A stretch of DNA of 62,159 nucleotides, the filler included. It is 5 parts of 5 records of this genome, joined end to end, with 100 filler letters (N's around TTAATTAATTAA, not from the genome) between each part and the next. Parts side by side here need not be neighbours in the genome. Positions count along the whole stretch, not along the records: positions 10,822 to 24,429 come from SRR31156797_3664; positions 24,530 to 33,627 come from SRR31156797_3666; 3 more parts are not named here. One strand, 5' to 3'. Under the pieces are notes generated by a model. The model did no database searches. It had not been told where the DNA came from and saw only the letters and a program-made list of their open reading frames with translations. A program made the position numbers and the translations under genes. Positions 19,635-29,710 of this stretch are shown here, one piece after another. Every line of letters starts with the position of its first letter. The first letter of the stretch is position 1.

Positions 19635-19937
19635 TTAAATTACATAATCGATTGCATCACGTGAAGTTACAACTTCTTTGATAAATGCAACGCATTCCTG
19701 ATGCAGAGGATGTACAGCATAAGCCTGAAGATCTTCCTTGCTGTCAAACTCAGAGTAAAGCACTAAGTCCCATTTCTGTGTAGCTTCAAAAATATCCACA
19801 CTGACTTCAACGTGCTTGAGTTCTGCAATTTTACCATTAAGAGCCTCAATCATTTCTTTGACTTTAACTCCATTTTCAGCGGCGGTTCCTCCGGCAGCTT
19901 CCTCTTTCAAATTCCACATTACGATATGCTTAATCAT
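19635..19937 (-). CDS. Dabb family (stress-responsive alpha/beta barrel) protein
   Basis: MIKHIVMW..DLVLYSEF....L.AYAVHPLH..DY; RBS ggagg. Confidence 0.88.
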   Translation of the reverse strand: MIKHIVMWNLKEEAAGGTAAENGVKVKEMIEALNGKIAELKHVEVSVDIFEATQKWDLVLYSEFDSKEDLQAYAVHPLHQECVAFIKEVVTSRDAIDYVI

Positions 19938-20041
19938 TTTTCCTCCGTTCCTTAAGTGCATATGAAGAACAGGACAATGGATTCTGTATTTCGAAGCTGC
20001 ATTAGAGCCTATTTTTACAAGCTCTACAAGTTCAAATAAGT

Positions 20042-21847
20042 CTAACTTCTAAGTTCTTCCACCAAAGCCACCAATGCATCAACCTCACGGGAAAGATCAG
20101 TTGCAGCTTCGGCTGCGAGCATACTATTGCGAGCATTATCCTCAGTCATGGAATCAATCTCAGAGATACTGCGATTGATCTCATCAGATGTCGCGGACTG
20201 CTCTTCAGCAGCTGTGGCGATAGACTGAACCTGCCCTGCGGCGTTAGCGGCCAGATTTACAATTTCAGAAAGGACTTCGCCGGAAGCTCGGGAATGATCA
20301 GTAGCCCCGCCAATGGCCTCAACTGCGGTACGCATGCCTTCAATATTCTGCTTAGCAAGGCCCTGAATGGAAGTAATAGACTTATCGACTTCATCAGTAG
20401 CACCGATGGTCTTTTCAGCCAGCTTACGCACTTCGTCTGCAACAACAGCAAATCCTCTACCAGCATCCCCCGCACGTGCGGCCTCAATGGCTGCGTTCAA
20501 CGCCAGCAAGTTGGTCTGGTCCGCAATATCATTAATTACGCCCATGACGGTACCGATCTCAATGGACTGGGTATTGAGCTGATCCATAAGCCGTTCCAGT
20601 TCGTTAGTCTGATCCTGAATACCAACCATAGATTCAATGGTTCCCAGAACAACACTTTGTCCTTCAGTAGCTTTATCTCGGGTCTGTTCAGTATCTTCGT
20701 TGGTCTCGGTGGCGTTCTTTGCAACTTCCAGAACGGTGGCATTCATTTCTTCCATGGCTGTCGCAGTCTCAGCAATACGTTCTTTCTGGAACTCACTGCC
20801 GTTCATGATTTCGTTGGTAGACTTTTCAACATCGCGGGAAATTTTTACTATATTATTTAGAACTGTTTCAAGCTTGCTGGCAGCAGCAAGCATACCTTCC
20901 CGCTTAGCCCCTTCCGCTTCCTTACGGGCTTCTTCGGCTTCGGCTGCCATCTTCTGGGCCACGCGAGCCTGTTCAGCGGACTCCGCTTCCTTACGTTTAA
21001 TGTCAGTAAGGTTTTCATCAAGAGTTGTGGTCATGGTATTAATGGCCCGCTGCAACGTGGAAATCTCACTTCTACCGGTCGGATTAAGGGTAACTGTCAG
21101 ATCACCCTCAGATACATTAACTGCAGCCTCTGTCGCATCCTGAACAGGACGTACAATGGAGCGAACAATGACAATACAGAGCGGAGTGAGCGCGAAAAGA
21201 AGCAAAGCAAGCATGATCAATACAATCTTAGTTGTATCGGCTTTAACGGCGTCATCAATGATTGTTCCGACACGCAATTTTTCCGCCTCAATGTTATCAA
21301 TATAAACACCGGTACCAATCCACATATCAGTGCCGGGAATCATGGTAGCATACCCGAGTTTGGGCTGAAGTCCCTTTCCAGGCTTATCAAACACATATTG
21401 TACAAACCCACCGCCATTACGCGCGACGGAATCAAGTTCCCTAACAAAGTAAACACCATTTTTATCTTTAGCACCGCTGAGGTCTTTACCTTGTAAAGAT
21501 TTTTTGGGAGGCAAAGCCGCAACGACTGTCCCCTTATAAACAAAGAAGTATCCTGATCTATCATCTTCAAATCTAAAACTATCGATGGACTTACGAATGA
21601 ATTCAATCTTAGCTTTGTTACCGTCTACAGACCTTAACTGAACCCCCAGCGATTCAGCAGCAGCACGGGTGGCAACCTCTACCTTATCCTTCTGACCCTG
21701 CAACATAACATTTTCGATCTCAGTAAGACCGATAGTCTCAACCTGTCTGATTTCTGCAAGAAACATTGCCCCGCAGATAATCAAAAACACTAAGACTGAA
21801 GCCAGCAAAAGGACAAAACGTCCGCCGATTGACAGATTTTTCAACAT
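20042..21847 (-). CDS. methyl-accepting chemotaxis protein, single Cache sensor + HAMP (paralogue of 17544-19355)
   Basis: same architecture; start placed at ATG 21847 (MLKNLSIG) after ggagag. Confidence 0.95.
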   Translation of the reverse strand: MLKNLSIGGRFVLLLASVLVFLIICGAMFLAEIRQVETIGLTEIENVMLQGQKDKVEVATRAAAESLGVQLRSVDGNKAKIEFIRKSIDSFRFEDDRSGYFFVYKGTVVAALPPKKSLQGKDLSGAKDKNGVYFVRELDSVARNGGGFVQYVFDKPGKGLQPKLGYATMIPGTDMWIGTGVYIDNIEAEKLRVGTIIDDAVKADTTKIVLIMLALLLFALTPLCIVIVRSIVRPVQDATEAAVNVSEGDLTVTLNPTGRSEISTLQRAINTMTTTLDENLTDIKRKEAESAEQARVAQKMAAEAEEARKEAEGAKREGMLAAASKLETVLNNIVKISRDVEKSTNEIMNGSEFQKERIAETATAMEEMNATVLEVAKNATETNEDTEQTRDKATEGQSVVLGTIESMVGIQDQTNELERLMDQLNTQSIEIGTVMGVINDIADQTNLLALNAAIEAARAGDAGRGFAVVADEVRKLAEKTIGATDEVDKSITSIQGLAKQNIEGMRTAVEAIGGATDHSRASGEVLSEIVNLAANAAGQVQSIATAAEEQSATSDEINRSISEIDSMTEDNARNSMLAAEAATDLSREVDALVALVEELRS

Positions 21848-22006
21848 ACATCTCTCCAATTTTTTTATTAAAAACTGCTACGAAGACCCCACACGTTGCA
21901 GTTTAACATTCACAATACACACATATCGAAAGCATAACAACAAAAGTTACCACTTTAAACGTTATACTCGAAGTATAAGAAACATTCCTGCTCTGAATTT
22001 TGCAAC

Positions 22007-22047
22007 AAAAAAGGCTTTTCCATCGGGCGAGCGAATGGAAAAGCCTT
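22007..22047 (-). terminator. intrinsic terminator
   Basis: aaggcttttccat / atggaaaagcctt with T run on the minus strand. Confidence 0.8.
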
Positions 22048-22131
22048 AGATGTGCGGCCTGTAACCGGTGTTTTCAGTTGCGAGGTGAAGGTACCGGGTT
22101 TGGAGGCATTATTACATGCCGCAGCTTAAAC

Positions 22132-22168
22132 CACTGTCCGCGACCGGCAAACAAAGTCGCGGACAGTG
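22132..22168. other. GC-rich hairpin without a U tail just downstream of the lactate dehydrogenase gene
   Basis: cactgtccgcgac / gtcgcggacagtg perfect 13-bp stem. Confidence 0.7.
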
Positions 22169-22183
22169 AGCGTGTGTCATGTT

Positions 22184-24343
22184 TTATTTTCTGCGATCAG
22201 CCATGTATTCTGCAATGTGCTTGACTTCAAGGTCAGCACCCTGCTTCTTGGCACCACCGCGGATCTGCATTACGCAACCGGGGCAGTCGGTCAGCAATAC
22301 TTTAGCACCGCTTTCCTTCGCATTATTGATTTTCTTCTCAAGCAACTGCTCGGAAATCTTGGGGAACTTCACAGAGTAGGTTCCACCGAAACCGCAACAG
22401 ACTTCTTCTTCAGCACTTTCCTTGTAATCCAGTCCGGCTTTAGCCATCAGTTCGCGAGGAGCGGCTTTAACATCCAGACCGCGACAGAGGTGGCAGGGAG
22501 CGTGGTAAGTTACCGCATCACCAGCGGAATCAAGGAAGTCTTCTTTTTCAACACCGAGTACATCATTCATGAAGGAGCTATAGTCGATAACCTTGTCAGC
22601 AAATTCCTGTACACGAGTTGCGTACTGGGGATCTTTGCCGAGCATCTTCATGTAGTTATGCTTCAGGTGGGAAGCGCAGGAAGCACACATGGTCAGAATG
22701 TAATCGCAGTCAGTTCCTTCGAAAGCTTCCATGTTCTGGATTGCAACGTCCCTTGCGGCAGTCACTTCACCCATCATCTGCAGCGGCAGACCGCAGCAGG
22801 ACTGATCCATAGGGAATTCGAGGTTAACATCCTTATTACGCATGCTTTCCACGGTAGCAACGGACTGTTCGGGATATACGAAGTCCTGCACACAACCGGA
22901 GAAAAGCGCAACCTTGTGCTTGGGAGCTGCAACCTTTGCAGGCTGAACCTTAGCCCACATGTCACGGAAGGGAACTTCAGCAACGGTAGGCAGTGCCCTG
23001 AAATCATGATCAGGCATGAAGATCATGGGCAGATGACGCATAAAGCCGTCTTTAGCTTTCACAGGCTTCTGAGCAGTTTTAGCAATGCGCAGGAACTTGT
23101 GGAAGAGTTTGCGGTTCTTCATCATTTTCGCGAGGAAGGAGGAATACATGGGATGTCCCTCTTCTTCCAGAATGCGGGCCTGAATGTCTTTGATCAGACC
23201 GGGCAGGTCAATTCCACCTGCACAGATTTCCTTACATGCTCCACAATTGATGCAGTTCTGAACAAGGTTCTTAGCCTTCTCAGTACCGTGGTAGAAGTAG
23301 GTAAGAATGAGGCCGATAGCCCCGATATAGATATGGCCCATTTTGTGGCCGCCGACCATACGGTAGACAGGACAAACGTTGGCGCAAGCGCCACAGCGTA
23401 CGCAACGATGAACTTGAGAGAACACCGGGTCCTTTGCGAGAGCGCGTCTTCCATTGTCCAAAAACACGAAGTGCACTTTCTTCCTGTCATCCTCAGCCGC
23501 AGCACACTCGTTGGACCCGGTGATCCAGGTAACATAAGAGGTGATTGCCTGCCCGGTAGCGTTACGAGGCAGTGCTTTCAGTACGCGCAGAGCGTCATGC
23601 AGTTTGGGGGTCAGTTTATCAAGCCCCATGAGAGCTACATGAACTCTGGGAAGTGTGGTTGCCAGACGGGCGTTACCTTCGTTAGTAACAAGACCGATGG
23701 AACCGGTTTCGGCGATAGCAAAGTTACCGCCGGAGATGCCCATATCGGCATCAACAAAAGCCTGACGAAGCTCGCGGCGAGCAACCTTAACGAGAGCCTG
23801 AACATCATCACCCTGCTTCTGTCCAGTCACGTCAGAAAAGAGATCGCTGACCTGATGACGGGAGAGGTGAATTGCAGGCATAACCATGTGGGAAGGTCCT
23901 TCCTTACGCATCTGGATGATCCACTCACCGAGGTCGGTTTCGACTACTTTGAGGTTCAGGTCATCTTCAAGATGGTGGTTAAGCAGAGTTTCTTCCGCTG
24001 TCATGGACTTGGATTTAACGATGGTCTTGCAGTTTTCTGCCACAGCGATGCGACCAATGATTTCATTGGCTTCTTTAGCATCTTTGGCAAGGTGAACTAC
24101 TGCACCGCGCTTTTCTGCTTCTTCTTTGAACTTAGCGAAAAGTTCATCAAGTCTGGATGCAGCAGCATCTTTAGCATCGGCTATTTCACGGATCAGAGCT
24201 TTTTCATCCATGTCCTTGAACGCATTGGCACGGCTGCCGCGGTAAGCCACAGCAAATTTGTCCATTGCAGTTCTAAGAAAATCGTTATCAAGGGATTCCC
24301 TGATCTCTTTCCTGTATTCTTTAAGATTCTTAGCGTCCTGCAT
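22184..24343 (-). CDS. L-lactate dehydrogenase large FeS subunit (LUD/LutB domain fused to CCG domains; LldH/Ldh1b-like)
   Basis: KSKSM, ETDLGE..PSHMVMPAIH, TNEGN, CVRCGACANVCPVY, CINCGACKEIC, CCG motifs, YHAPCH. Confidence 0.92.
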   Translation of the reverse strand: MQDAKNLKEYRKEIRESLDNDFLRTAMDKFAVAYRGSRANAFKDMDEKALIREIADAKDAAASRLDELFAKFKEEAEKRGAVVHLAKDAKEANEIIGRIAVAENCKTIVKSKSMTAEETLLNHHLEDDLNLKVVETDLGEWIIQMRKEGPSHMVMPAIHLSRHQVSDLFSDVTGQKQGDDVQALVKVARRELRQAFVDADMGISGGNFAIAETGSIGLVTNEGNARLATTLPRVHVALMGLDKLTPKLHDALRVLKALPRNATGQAITSYVTWITGSNECAAAEDDRKKVHFVFLDNGRRALAKDPVFSQVHRCVRCGACANVCPVYRMVGGHKMGHIYIGAIGLILTYFYHGTEKAKNLVQNCINCGACKEICAGGIDLPGLIKDIQARILEEEGHPMYSSFLAKMMKNRKLFHKFLRIAKTAQKPVKAKDGFMRHLPMIFMPDHDFRALPTVAEVPFRDMWAKVQPAKVAAPKHKVALFSGCVQDFVYPEQSVATVESMRNKDVNLEFPMDQSCCGLPLQMMGEVTAARDVAIQNMEAFEGTDCDYILTMCASCASHLKHNYMKMLGKDPQYATRVQEFADKVIDYSSFMNDVLGVEKEDFLDSAGDAVTYHAPCHLCRGLDVKAAPRELMAKAGLDYKESAEEEVCCGFGGTYSVKFPKISEQLLEKKINNAKESGAKVLLTDCPGCVMQIRGGAKKQGADLEVKHIAEYMADRRK

Positions 24344-24345
24344 TA

Positions 24346-24429
24346 TTAGTCCTCCAGAAGAAGAATATGAAGTTCAAGGGGACCGTGTACGCCGATGGCG
24401 AGCACACGCTCAATATCGGCAGTACGGCT
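24346..24429 (-). CDS. LutC/LldG-like lactate utilisation protein, C-terminal fragment
   Basis: SRTADIERVLAIGVHGPLELHILLLED*, immediately upstream of the large subunit. Confidence 0.9.
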   Translation of the reverse strand, partial: SRTADIERVLAIGVHGPLELHILLLED

Positions 24430-24529
24430 NNNNNNNNNNNNNNNNNNNNNNNNNNNNNNNNNNNNNNNNNNNNTTAATTAATTAANNNNNNNNNNNNNNN
24501 NNNNNNNNNNNNNNNNNNNNNNNNNNNNN
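24430..24529. other. artificial contig spacer
   Basis: 44 N + TTAATTAATTAA + 44 N. Confidence 0.99.
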
Positions 24530-25405
24530 ATTGCCGATGCGGCCGGCAACAATGCCACTTTGACCCTGGCAAGCCCCGGGGCTGCAAACTCCTTAGGAGA
24601 CAACAAGGCCATTGTCATTGATACCACGGCTCCATCCATAAGTTCCGGAGGAACAGCACCAGCCATTGACGAGAACAGCGGGGCACTTCAGGATATATAC
24701 ACAGTCACCTCCGACGATCCCGGGGCCAGCTACAGCTTGTCAGGGGCTGATGCGGGCTCTTTCACCATCGATGCCGGCACAGGAGTGGTGACTCTGAAGG
24801 GCAACCCCGACTACGAGTCCAAAAGCAGTTATGCATTCACCGTGGAGGCCACAGACGATGCAGGCAATAACGATCAACAAGCCGTCAGCCTTGCCATCAA
24901 CGATGTTGCTGAAGGGCCGGCCACTGTCCAGATTGTGTTCGATCTTGTAAACGGCACGTCTTCGAATTACAATGGCCGGGTATTCGAGGAAAACGTTATC
25001 TATGATATTTACATCCGCGTGGACAGTGCGCAAGGTCGCGTGATGACACTTGGCGCCGCTCATAAATGGACGTCTTATGACAAACTGGGTAGTGACGACA
25101 CAGTTACATTGGCTGGAACCGGGAGTGATATTATAGGGTCGGGTAATAATATCGACCGATATAGCGGTAATCCCGGTCATCTTCAATGGTATTCAGTAGA
25201 TACCTCCTTTTTCTATTTATACGACTACGGTCAGTTCAGTTATCAGACCACGTCGTTGTCTTCTAAGACCGAAACTGCTAGGCTCTGGGGGAGCACTGTT
25301 AACCACAAATGGGGATCCGCACCGAATAACGGCCTTGCTTTTAATGATGTATATGTAACCAAAGTTCCAACCTCTGCGATGACTGCACACACGTTCAACC
25401 CCTAA
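24530..25405 (+). CDS. C-terminal part of a large secreted adhesin (Ig-like + cadherin-like domains), probable T1SS substrate
   Basis: DAAGN..IDTTAP Ig-like repeat end; IDEN..DDPG..GADAGSFTID..TG..PDYE..Y.F.V.ATD..IND cadherin; frame open from contig start. Confidence 0.8.
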   Translation: MADAAGNNATLTLASPGAANSLGDNKAIVIDTTAPSISSGGTAPAIDENSGALQDIYTVTSDDPGASYSLSGADAGSFTIDAGTGVVTLKGNPDYESKSSYAFTVEATDDAGNNDQQAVSLAINDVAEGPATVQIVFDLVNGTSSNYNGRVFEENVIYDIYIRVDSAQGRVMTLGAAHKWTSYDKLGSDDTVTLAGTGSDIIGSGNNIDRYSGNPGHLQWYSVDTSFFYLYDYGQFSYQTTSLSSKTETARLWGSTVNHKWGSAPNNGLAFNDVYVTKVPTSAMTAHTFNP

Positions 25406-25564
25406 AGCCACACGCCAGACAATGGAAAAGGGGTTGTGAGGGCGGCTTTACCGCCCACTGTATCAGGGCTAATTTGTTTTAATACAGCGGGCAATAATAC
25501 AGAAACAGACTTAGCGAGGTATCGTCTTGTCACTATCCGTCACCCGGCTTAACAAAATGACACC

Positions 25565-28243
25565 ATGAATCAATTAGAGCACCTAAGACAATATGTCTCG
25601 TATCAACAGTTTGACTCGCTTGAAGGGGCGGCTCAAGACTATTGGATTGAAACAGGTCATCCTTCGGCGCTGCCGCTTTTGCTGCTGGCCTATGGGCACC
25701 TGGGACGCCGCAGAAAGGCCCGGGAGACCCTGGCGCGAATCGAACCCTATGAATCCGGGTTTGACGCCGATGCCCTGGTGGACTACGGCGGGGCGCTGAT
25801 GGTGATGTTGCGGACTGATGATGCCATAAAGAAATTAAGAACTGCCCTGGGCCGTCAACCGGACCACAGTCTAGGCTTAGCCCGGCTGGCCTGGTGCCGA
25901 ATGGCTCTGGGCGAACTGGATACGGCCCGGGAACTTTTTGTCCGGGCTGCCAAGCTTGCGCCCGGGCGCATACCCATCCTGAGCAACCTGGCAACGGTCT
26001 ATCTTCTTCAAGAAAAACCTCAAAAAGCCCAGCAGACTGTGGATTTTGCTTTGCGTACCTTGATACGGCTGGAAAGTGGGGCAGCTCCCCCCCCTGATTT
26101 TGTCATGGCCCAGCATCACCAGGCCCTGGAACAGATTCAGCTGCAGATTTGGGTGAATAAAGAACAATTTGCCATTGCCGAGGAATGGATAGGGGAACTG
26201 GATTCCGGCCAGGAAACCGAAACCATTGCCCGGGCAGGCAACTACGCCCGGTTGCTGGCCGAGGCAGATCACCATGACCAGGCCACCGACATATTGCAAA
26301 AATACCTCGAACAATTCCCCAAAAGTGTTGATTTACGCCGCTATTTAGCGGAGCTGGCCCAGGTTCAGGGCCGGTTTATGCAGGCAGTGACTTTGCTGCG
26401 CCGTGCCATCAGGTATGACGGAGACAATATCAGCCTGTGGGTGCAGCTTTCTAGCGCATGCCTGCATAGGTTTGACAAACAGGCGCGAAGAGCGGCAAAA
26501 AAGGCAATTGCCCTGGCAGAAGAATTAACCGAAAGCAGCCAATTGCCGTCCTGGCAAATCAAGATGCAGCGCATCCAGGCTAAAAATGCTCTGGCCCAGG
26601 TGGAGAGCCATGGACAGAACTATGACGCAGCCGAAAAAATATTCAGGGAAATATTGGCCGGACACCCTTACTTTATACCAGCCTTAAAGGGACTGGGTCA
26701 GCAACAAATGCAGCGGGGAAACATTGATGAGGCCGTAGAACTGTTTGAAAAAATACGGCAGATCGACCCCATCAAGGGTCAATCGGTGTTGATCAATGCC
26801 CGACGTTTTCCTGAAGATGAACAGACCCTGTACAGGATGGAGAAGGCTGCTGAAAGACCCAGTCTTGAGGGCCGGGTCTGCTCTGGTATTCTGTTCAATC
26901 TTGCCGCAGCCTGGGAGAAACGTAGTGAATATGACCGGGCCATGAACTTTGCCCGCCGGGCCAATGAGGCAACCGCTCGTTTTTTACACTACGATGCCAG
27001 GGCGTACCGTAACAAATGCGCCCGCATCAGGGATGTGTTCAGCACAGCACTTTTCAGCCTCCGCAGGGAATGCGGCCATGACGCCACTCTGCCGGTCTAT
27101 GTGTTGGGCATGCCCCGGTCAGGCACCACCCTGGTGGAACAGATCATCGCAGGACACAGCAAGGTGTTCGGTGCCGGGGAGCTTGGGGTTATTCCCTCAC
27201 GGATTCAAGGCCTGAACCGCTGGGAGCGTCATGTGGGCTCGGGAAGACAATATCCCGACAGCATTGATGACCTGAATCCATACATCACCAAGGGTATTGC
27301 CAACGGTATTCTGGAAGAACTGCGCGAAATGGCGGAAGAAGACAAGCCTGGAGCCGAATATGTTGTAGACAAGCTGCCGCATAACTTCGAGAATATAGGT
27401 TTTATTAAATTTTTGTTCCCCAACGCCAAAATCATTTCAGTCCGGCGTGACCCCCGGGACATTGCCATGTCAAACTATTTTACCGATTATCAGGCCAAGC
27501 ACAGCGGCATGGGGTTTGCGTACGACCTGACTCACATCGGCGAGCAATTGGCAGATCACAATCTACTGATGCACCACTGGCATCAGACCTTTCCCGGCCA
27601 AATCCTGGAAATAAGCTATGAAGAGGTGATCGACGACCTGGAACAAGCGGCCCGCAAGATGCTGGACTACATCGGGATTGAATGGGAGCCATCAGTACTC
27701 AAATTCAACGAACTGGAACGGCCTGTGAAAACGGCCAGCCTTTGGCAGGTGCGCCAGCCGATCTACAAGACGTCAAAGGCCAGGTGGAAAAACTATGAAA
27801 AACACCTGGCCCCCCTGATCAAGGGTACCAACGCCAAAATTCAATGGGACCCCATTGACAACACCATTACCCTGCCGGAACCAGCCCTTTTACAGGATGG
27901 CGTGGCATTGTATAAAAAAGGAGACCTTGCGGCAGCTGAGCTAAATTTTAAAAAGATGCTGCACCATAACCCGGAACACGCGGCCTGCAATTATATGGTG
28001 GGTTTAGTCTATTGCAGCATCGGCCATATTAACGATGCCATCCCACTGATGGAAAAAGCCCTGGCAAAATGCCCCTGGCAAAAAGAGTGGCGACAAAATC
28101 TGATCCGGGCCTGCGAAGAAACCGGTCAGGAAAATAGGATAAAAGATCTGCGGCAAAAGTTAAAACCGGAAGGTGAGTTGCCCTTGTCTGAAGTTCTGGG
28201 GTTTGAGGATAGCACAACCCAACCCACAACAAACTTGCTGTAA
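25565..28243 (+). CDS. TPR-containing PAPS-dependent sulfotransferase (TPST-like)
   Basis: many TPRs; 5'-PSB GMPRSGTTLVEQI, GAGEL, DKLPHNF, 3'-PB RDPRDIAMS, SYEE, TASLWQVRQPIY; C-terminal TPRs. Confidence 0.92.
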   Translation: MNQLEHLRQYVSYQQFDSLEGAAQDYWIETGHPSALPLLLLAYGHLGRRRKARETLARIEPYESGFDADALVDYGGALMVMLRTDDAIKKLRTALGRQPDHSLGLARLAWCRMALGELDTARELFVRAAKLAPGRIPILSNLATVYLLQEKPQKAQQTVDFALRTLIRLESGAAPPPDFVMAQHHQALEQIQLQIWVNKEQFAIAEEWIGELDSGQETETIARAGNYARLLAEADHHDQATDILQKYLEQFPKSVDLRRYLAELAQVQGRFMQAVTLLRRAIRYDGDNISLWVQLSSACLHRFDKQARRAAKKAIALAEELTESSQLPSWQIKMQRIQAKNALAQVESHGQNYDAAEKIFREILAGHPYFIPALKGLGQQQMQRGNIDEAVELFEKIRQIDPIKGQSVLINARRFPEDEQTLYRMEKAAERPSLEGRVCSGILFNLAAAWEKRSEYDRAMNFARRANEATARFLHYDARAYRNKCARIRDVFSTALFSLRRECGHDATLPVYVLGMPRSGTTLVEQIIAGHSKVFGAGELGVIPSRIQGLNRWERHVGSGRQYPDSIDDLNPYITKGIANGILEELREMAEEDKPGAEYVVDKLPHNFENIGFIKFLFPNAKIISVRRDPRDIAMSNYFTDYQAKHSGMGFAYDLTHIGEQLADHNLLMHHWHQTFPGQILEISYEEVIDDLEQAARKMLDYIGIEWEPSVLKFNELERPVKTASLWQVRQPIYKTSKARWKNYEKHLAPLIKGTNAKIQWDPIDNTITLPEPALLQDGVALYKKGDLAAAELNFKKMLHHNPEHAACNYMVGLVYCSIGHINDAIPLMEKALAKCPWQKEWRQNLIRACEETGQENRIKDLRQKLKPEGELPLSEVLGFEDSTTQPTTNLL

Positions 28244-28396
28244 AATGGTACTTGCAATTGCCTTTGGTATGATCTAACGTGACTGCATCGCTCAATGGGA
28301 ATCTGTATTTTTCATATCCGTTAAGCGGGTCATATGATTCGACAGGCTGTTATAAAATGAGGTTACCTCGATCTTTAGGAAGGTTCTTACAAATCT

Positions 28397-29710
28397 ATGA
28401 TTACTCTCAATGACAATAGGATATGGCCGTTACTTTCAGTTGTTTTAACTGGATTGATATTGACAGGGTTATGGCTGGTGCCGGTATCGGCCGCAGAGAA
28501 AACAGACCCCACCCCAGTCACATCCGGGGCCCTTGATATTGCCCAGCAAGGGTTGGCCGCGGCCCTGCAGGCTGTTATTAAACGGCACCCGGCTGCAAAG
28601 GGTAAGCAATTTGAAGTCAATGCCGGACAATTTGCCATAGACAGTGCCAAAGCCGGTCGATTTCCCTCGCTTGCAGTGCTGGCCAGCAATCTTAATAATA
28701 ACTATGACCAGAGCACGGTACAATTATCACAACCTTTGTGGGCGTTTGGTAAAATTGATTCAGGTATTCACTTGGCCAAGGCAAATTATAAAGCAGATCA
28801 AATGAAACTGTTACAGGTGCATCGTGAATTAATAGAAAACACTGCAGTGGCATATGCAATGGTGGAGGGTATCAAAAGCCGTCTTGATGTGGCCCGGATC
28901 AATATTGATGAGCATGAACAGCTTTACAGCCGGATTAAACGAAGAAGGGCAGGACAATTGGCATCTGATGCAGACGAACGCCTGGCCCATTCACGTACCA
29001 TACAGGCAAGGGTTCAATATACCAGAATTCAGGGAGAACTGCGCATCGCACTGAGCGATCTGTATAATTTAACACAAATAAAGGTGGATACCGACCTTCC
29101 TGTTGACAGATCCCTTGCAAATTTGCCCCCATTATCTGAAGTTGAAGCACTGGCCTTGAAAAACAATGCCAAAACCGCCTTTAAACGGGAAATGCAAAAT
29201 GTGGCTGAACTGAATATTAAACAAGAAAAAGTGGCTTTTTTACCAACCCTTTACGGTCGGGTCGAGTACAATATCTTAGATGTGCCTGACAATACGGACC
29301 GCATCCATTCCGGTTTTGTACTGGAGGGTAATCTTGCCGGGCTGGGATTTACTGCCAGAGGACGGATAAAAGGTGCCTGTGCACATTTAAATGCAGCCCG
29401 GGAGGATTTGAATTCCACAATAAATGATGTGCGGCAACAGGTAAATGTCCTGATGACCAACCGCAAGGTGCAGCACATACTCATTGATTCACAAAGAGAA
29501 GCCGTGACGATTGTCGAGCAGACACTTTCCTCTTTTATCAGACAGTATGAATCCGGTAGAAAATCCTGGCTGGATGTATTGAATATCCAACGGGAATTAA
29601 CCGAACTCAGGTCCGAACTTACGCAAATCCAAACCGACTGGCTGATTTCCTCCCTGCGTATTACAGCACTGACCGGAGGGCTTGACCAGCATGCCGGAAT
29701 TAAATCATGA
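28397..29710 (+). CDS. TolC-family outer membrane protein of T1SS
   Basis: signal peptide; HP..FPSL..QPLWAFG; QYESGRKSWLDVLN. Confidence 0.9.
   Translation: MITLNDNRIWPLLSVVLTGLILTGLWLVPVSAAEKTDPTPVTSGALDIAQQGLAAALQAVIKRHPAAKGKQFEVNAGQFAIDSAKAGRFPSLAVLASNLNNNYDQSTVQLSQPLWAFGKIDSGIHLAKANYKADQMKLLQVHRELIENTAVAYAMVEGIKSRLDVARINIDEHEQLYSRIKRRRAGQLASDADERLAHSRTIQARVQYTRIQGELRIALSDLYNLTQIKVDTDLPVDRSLANLPPLSEVEALALKNNAKTAFKREMQNVAELNIKQEKVAFLPTLYGRVEYNILDVPDNTDRIHSGFVLEGNLAGLGFTARGRIKGACAHLNAAREDLNSTINDVRQQVNVLMTNRKVQHILIDSQREAVTIVEQTLSSFIRQYESGRKSWLDVLNIQRELTELRSELTQIQTDWLISSLRITALTGGLDQHAGIKS

Noticed and set aside
22166-24349. 727-aa plus-strand ORF
   Set aside because: Antisense shadow spanning the lactate dehydrogenase gene in codon register, with no recognisable motifs.
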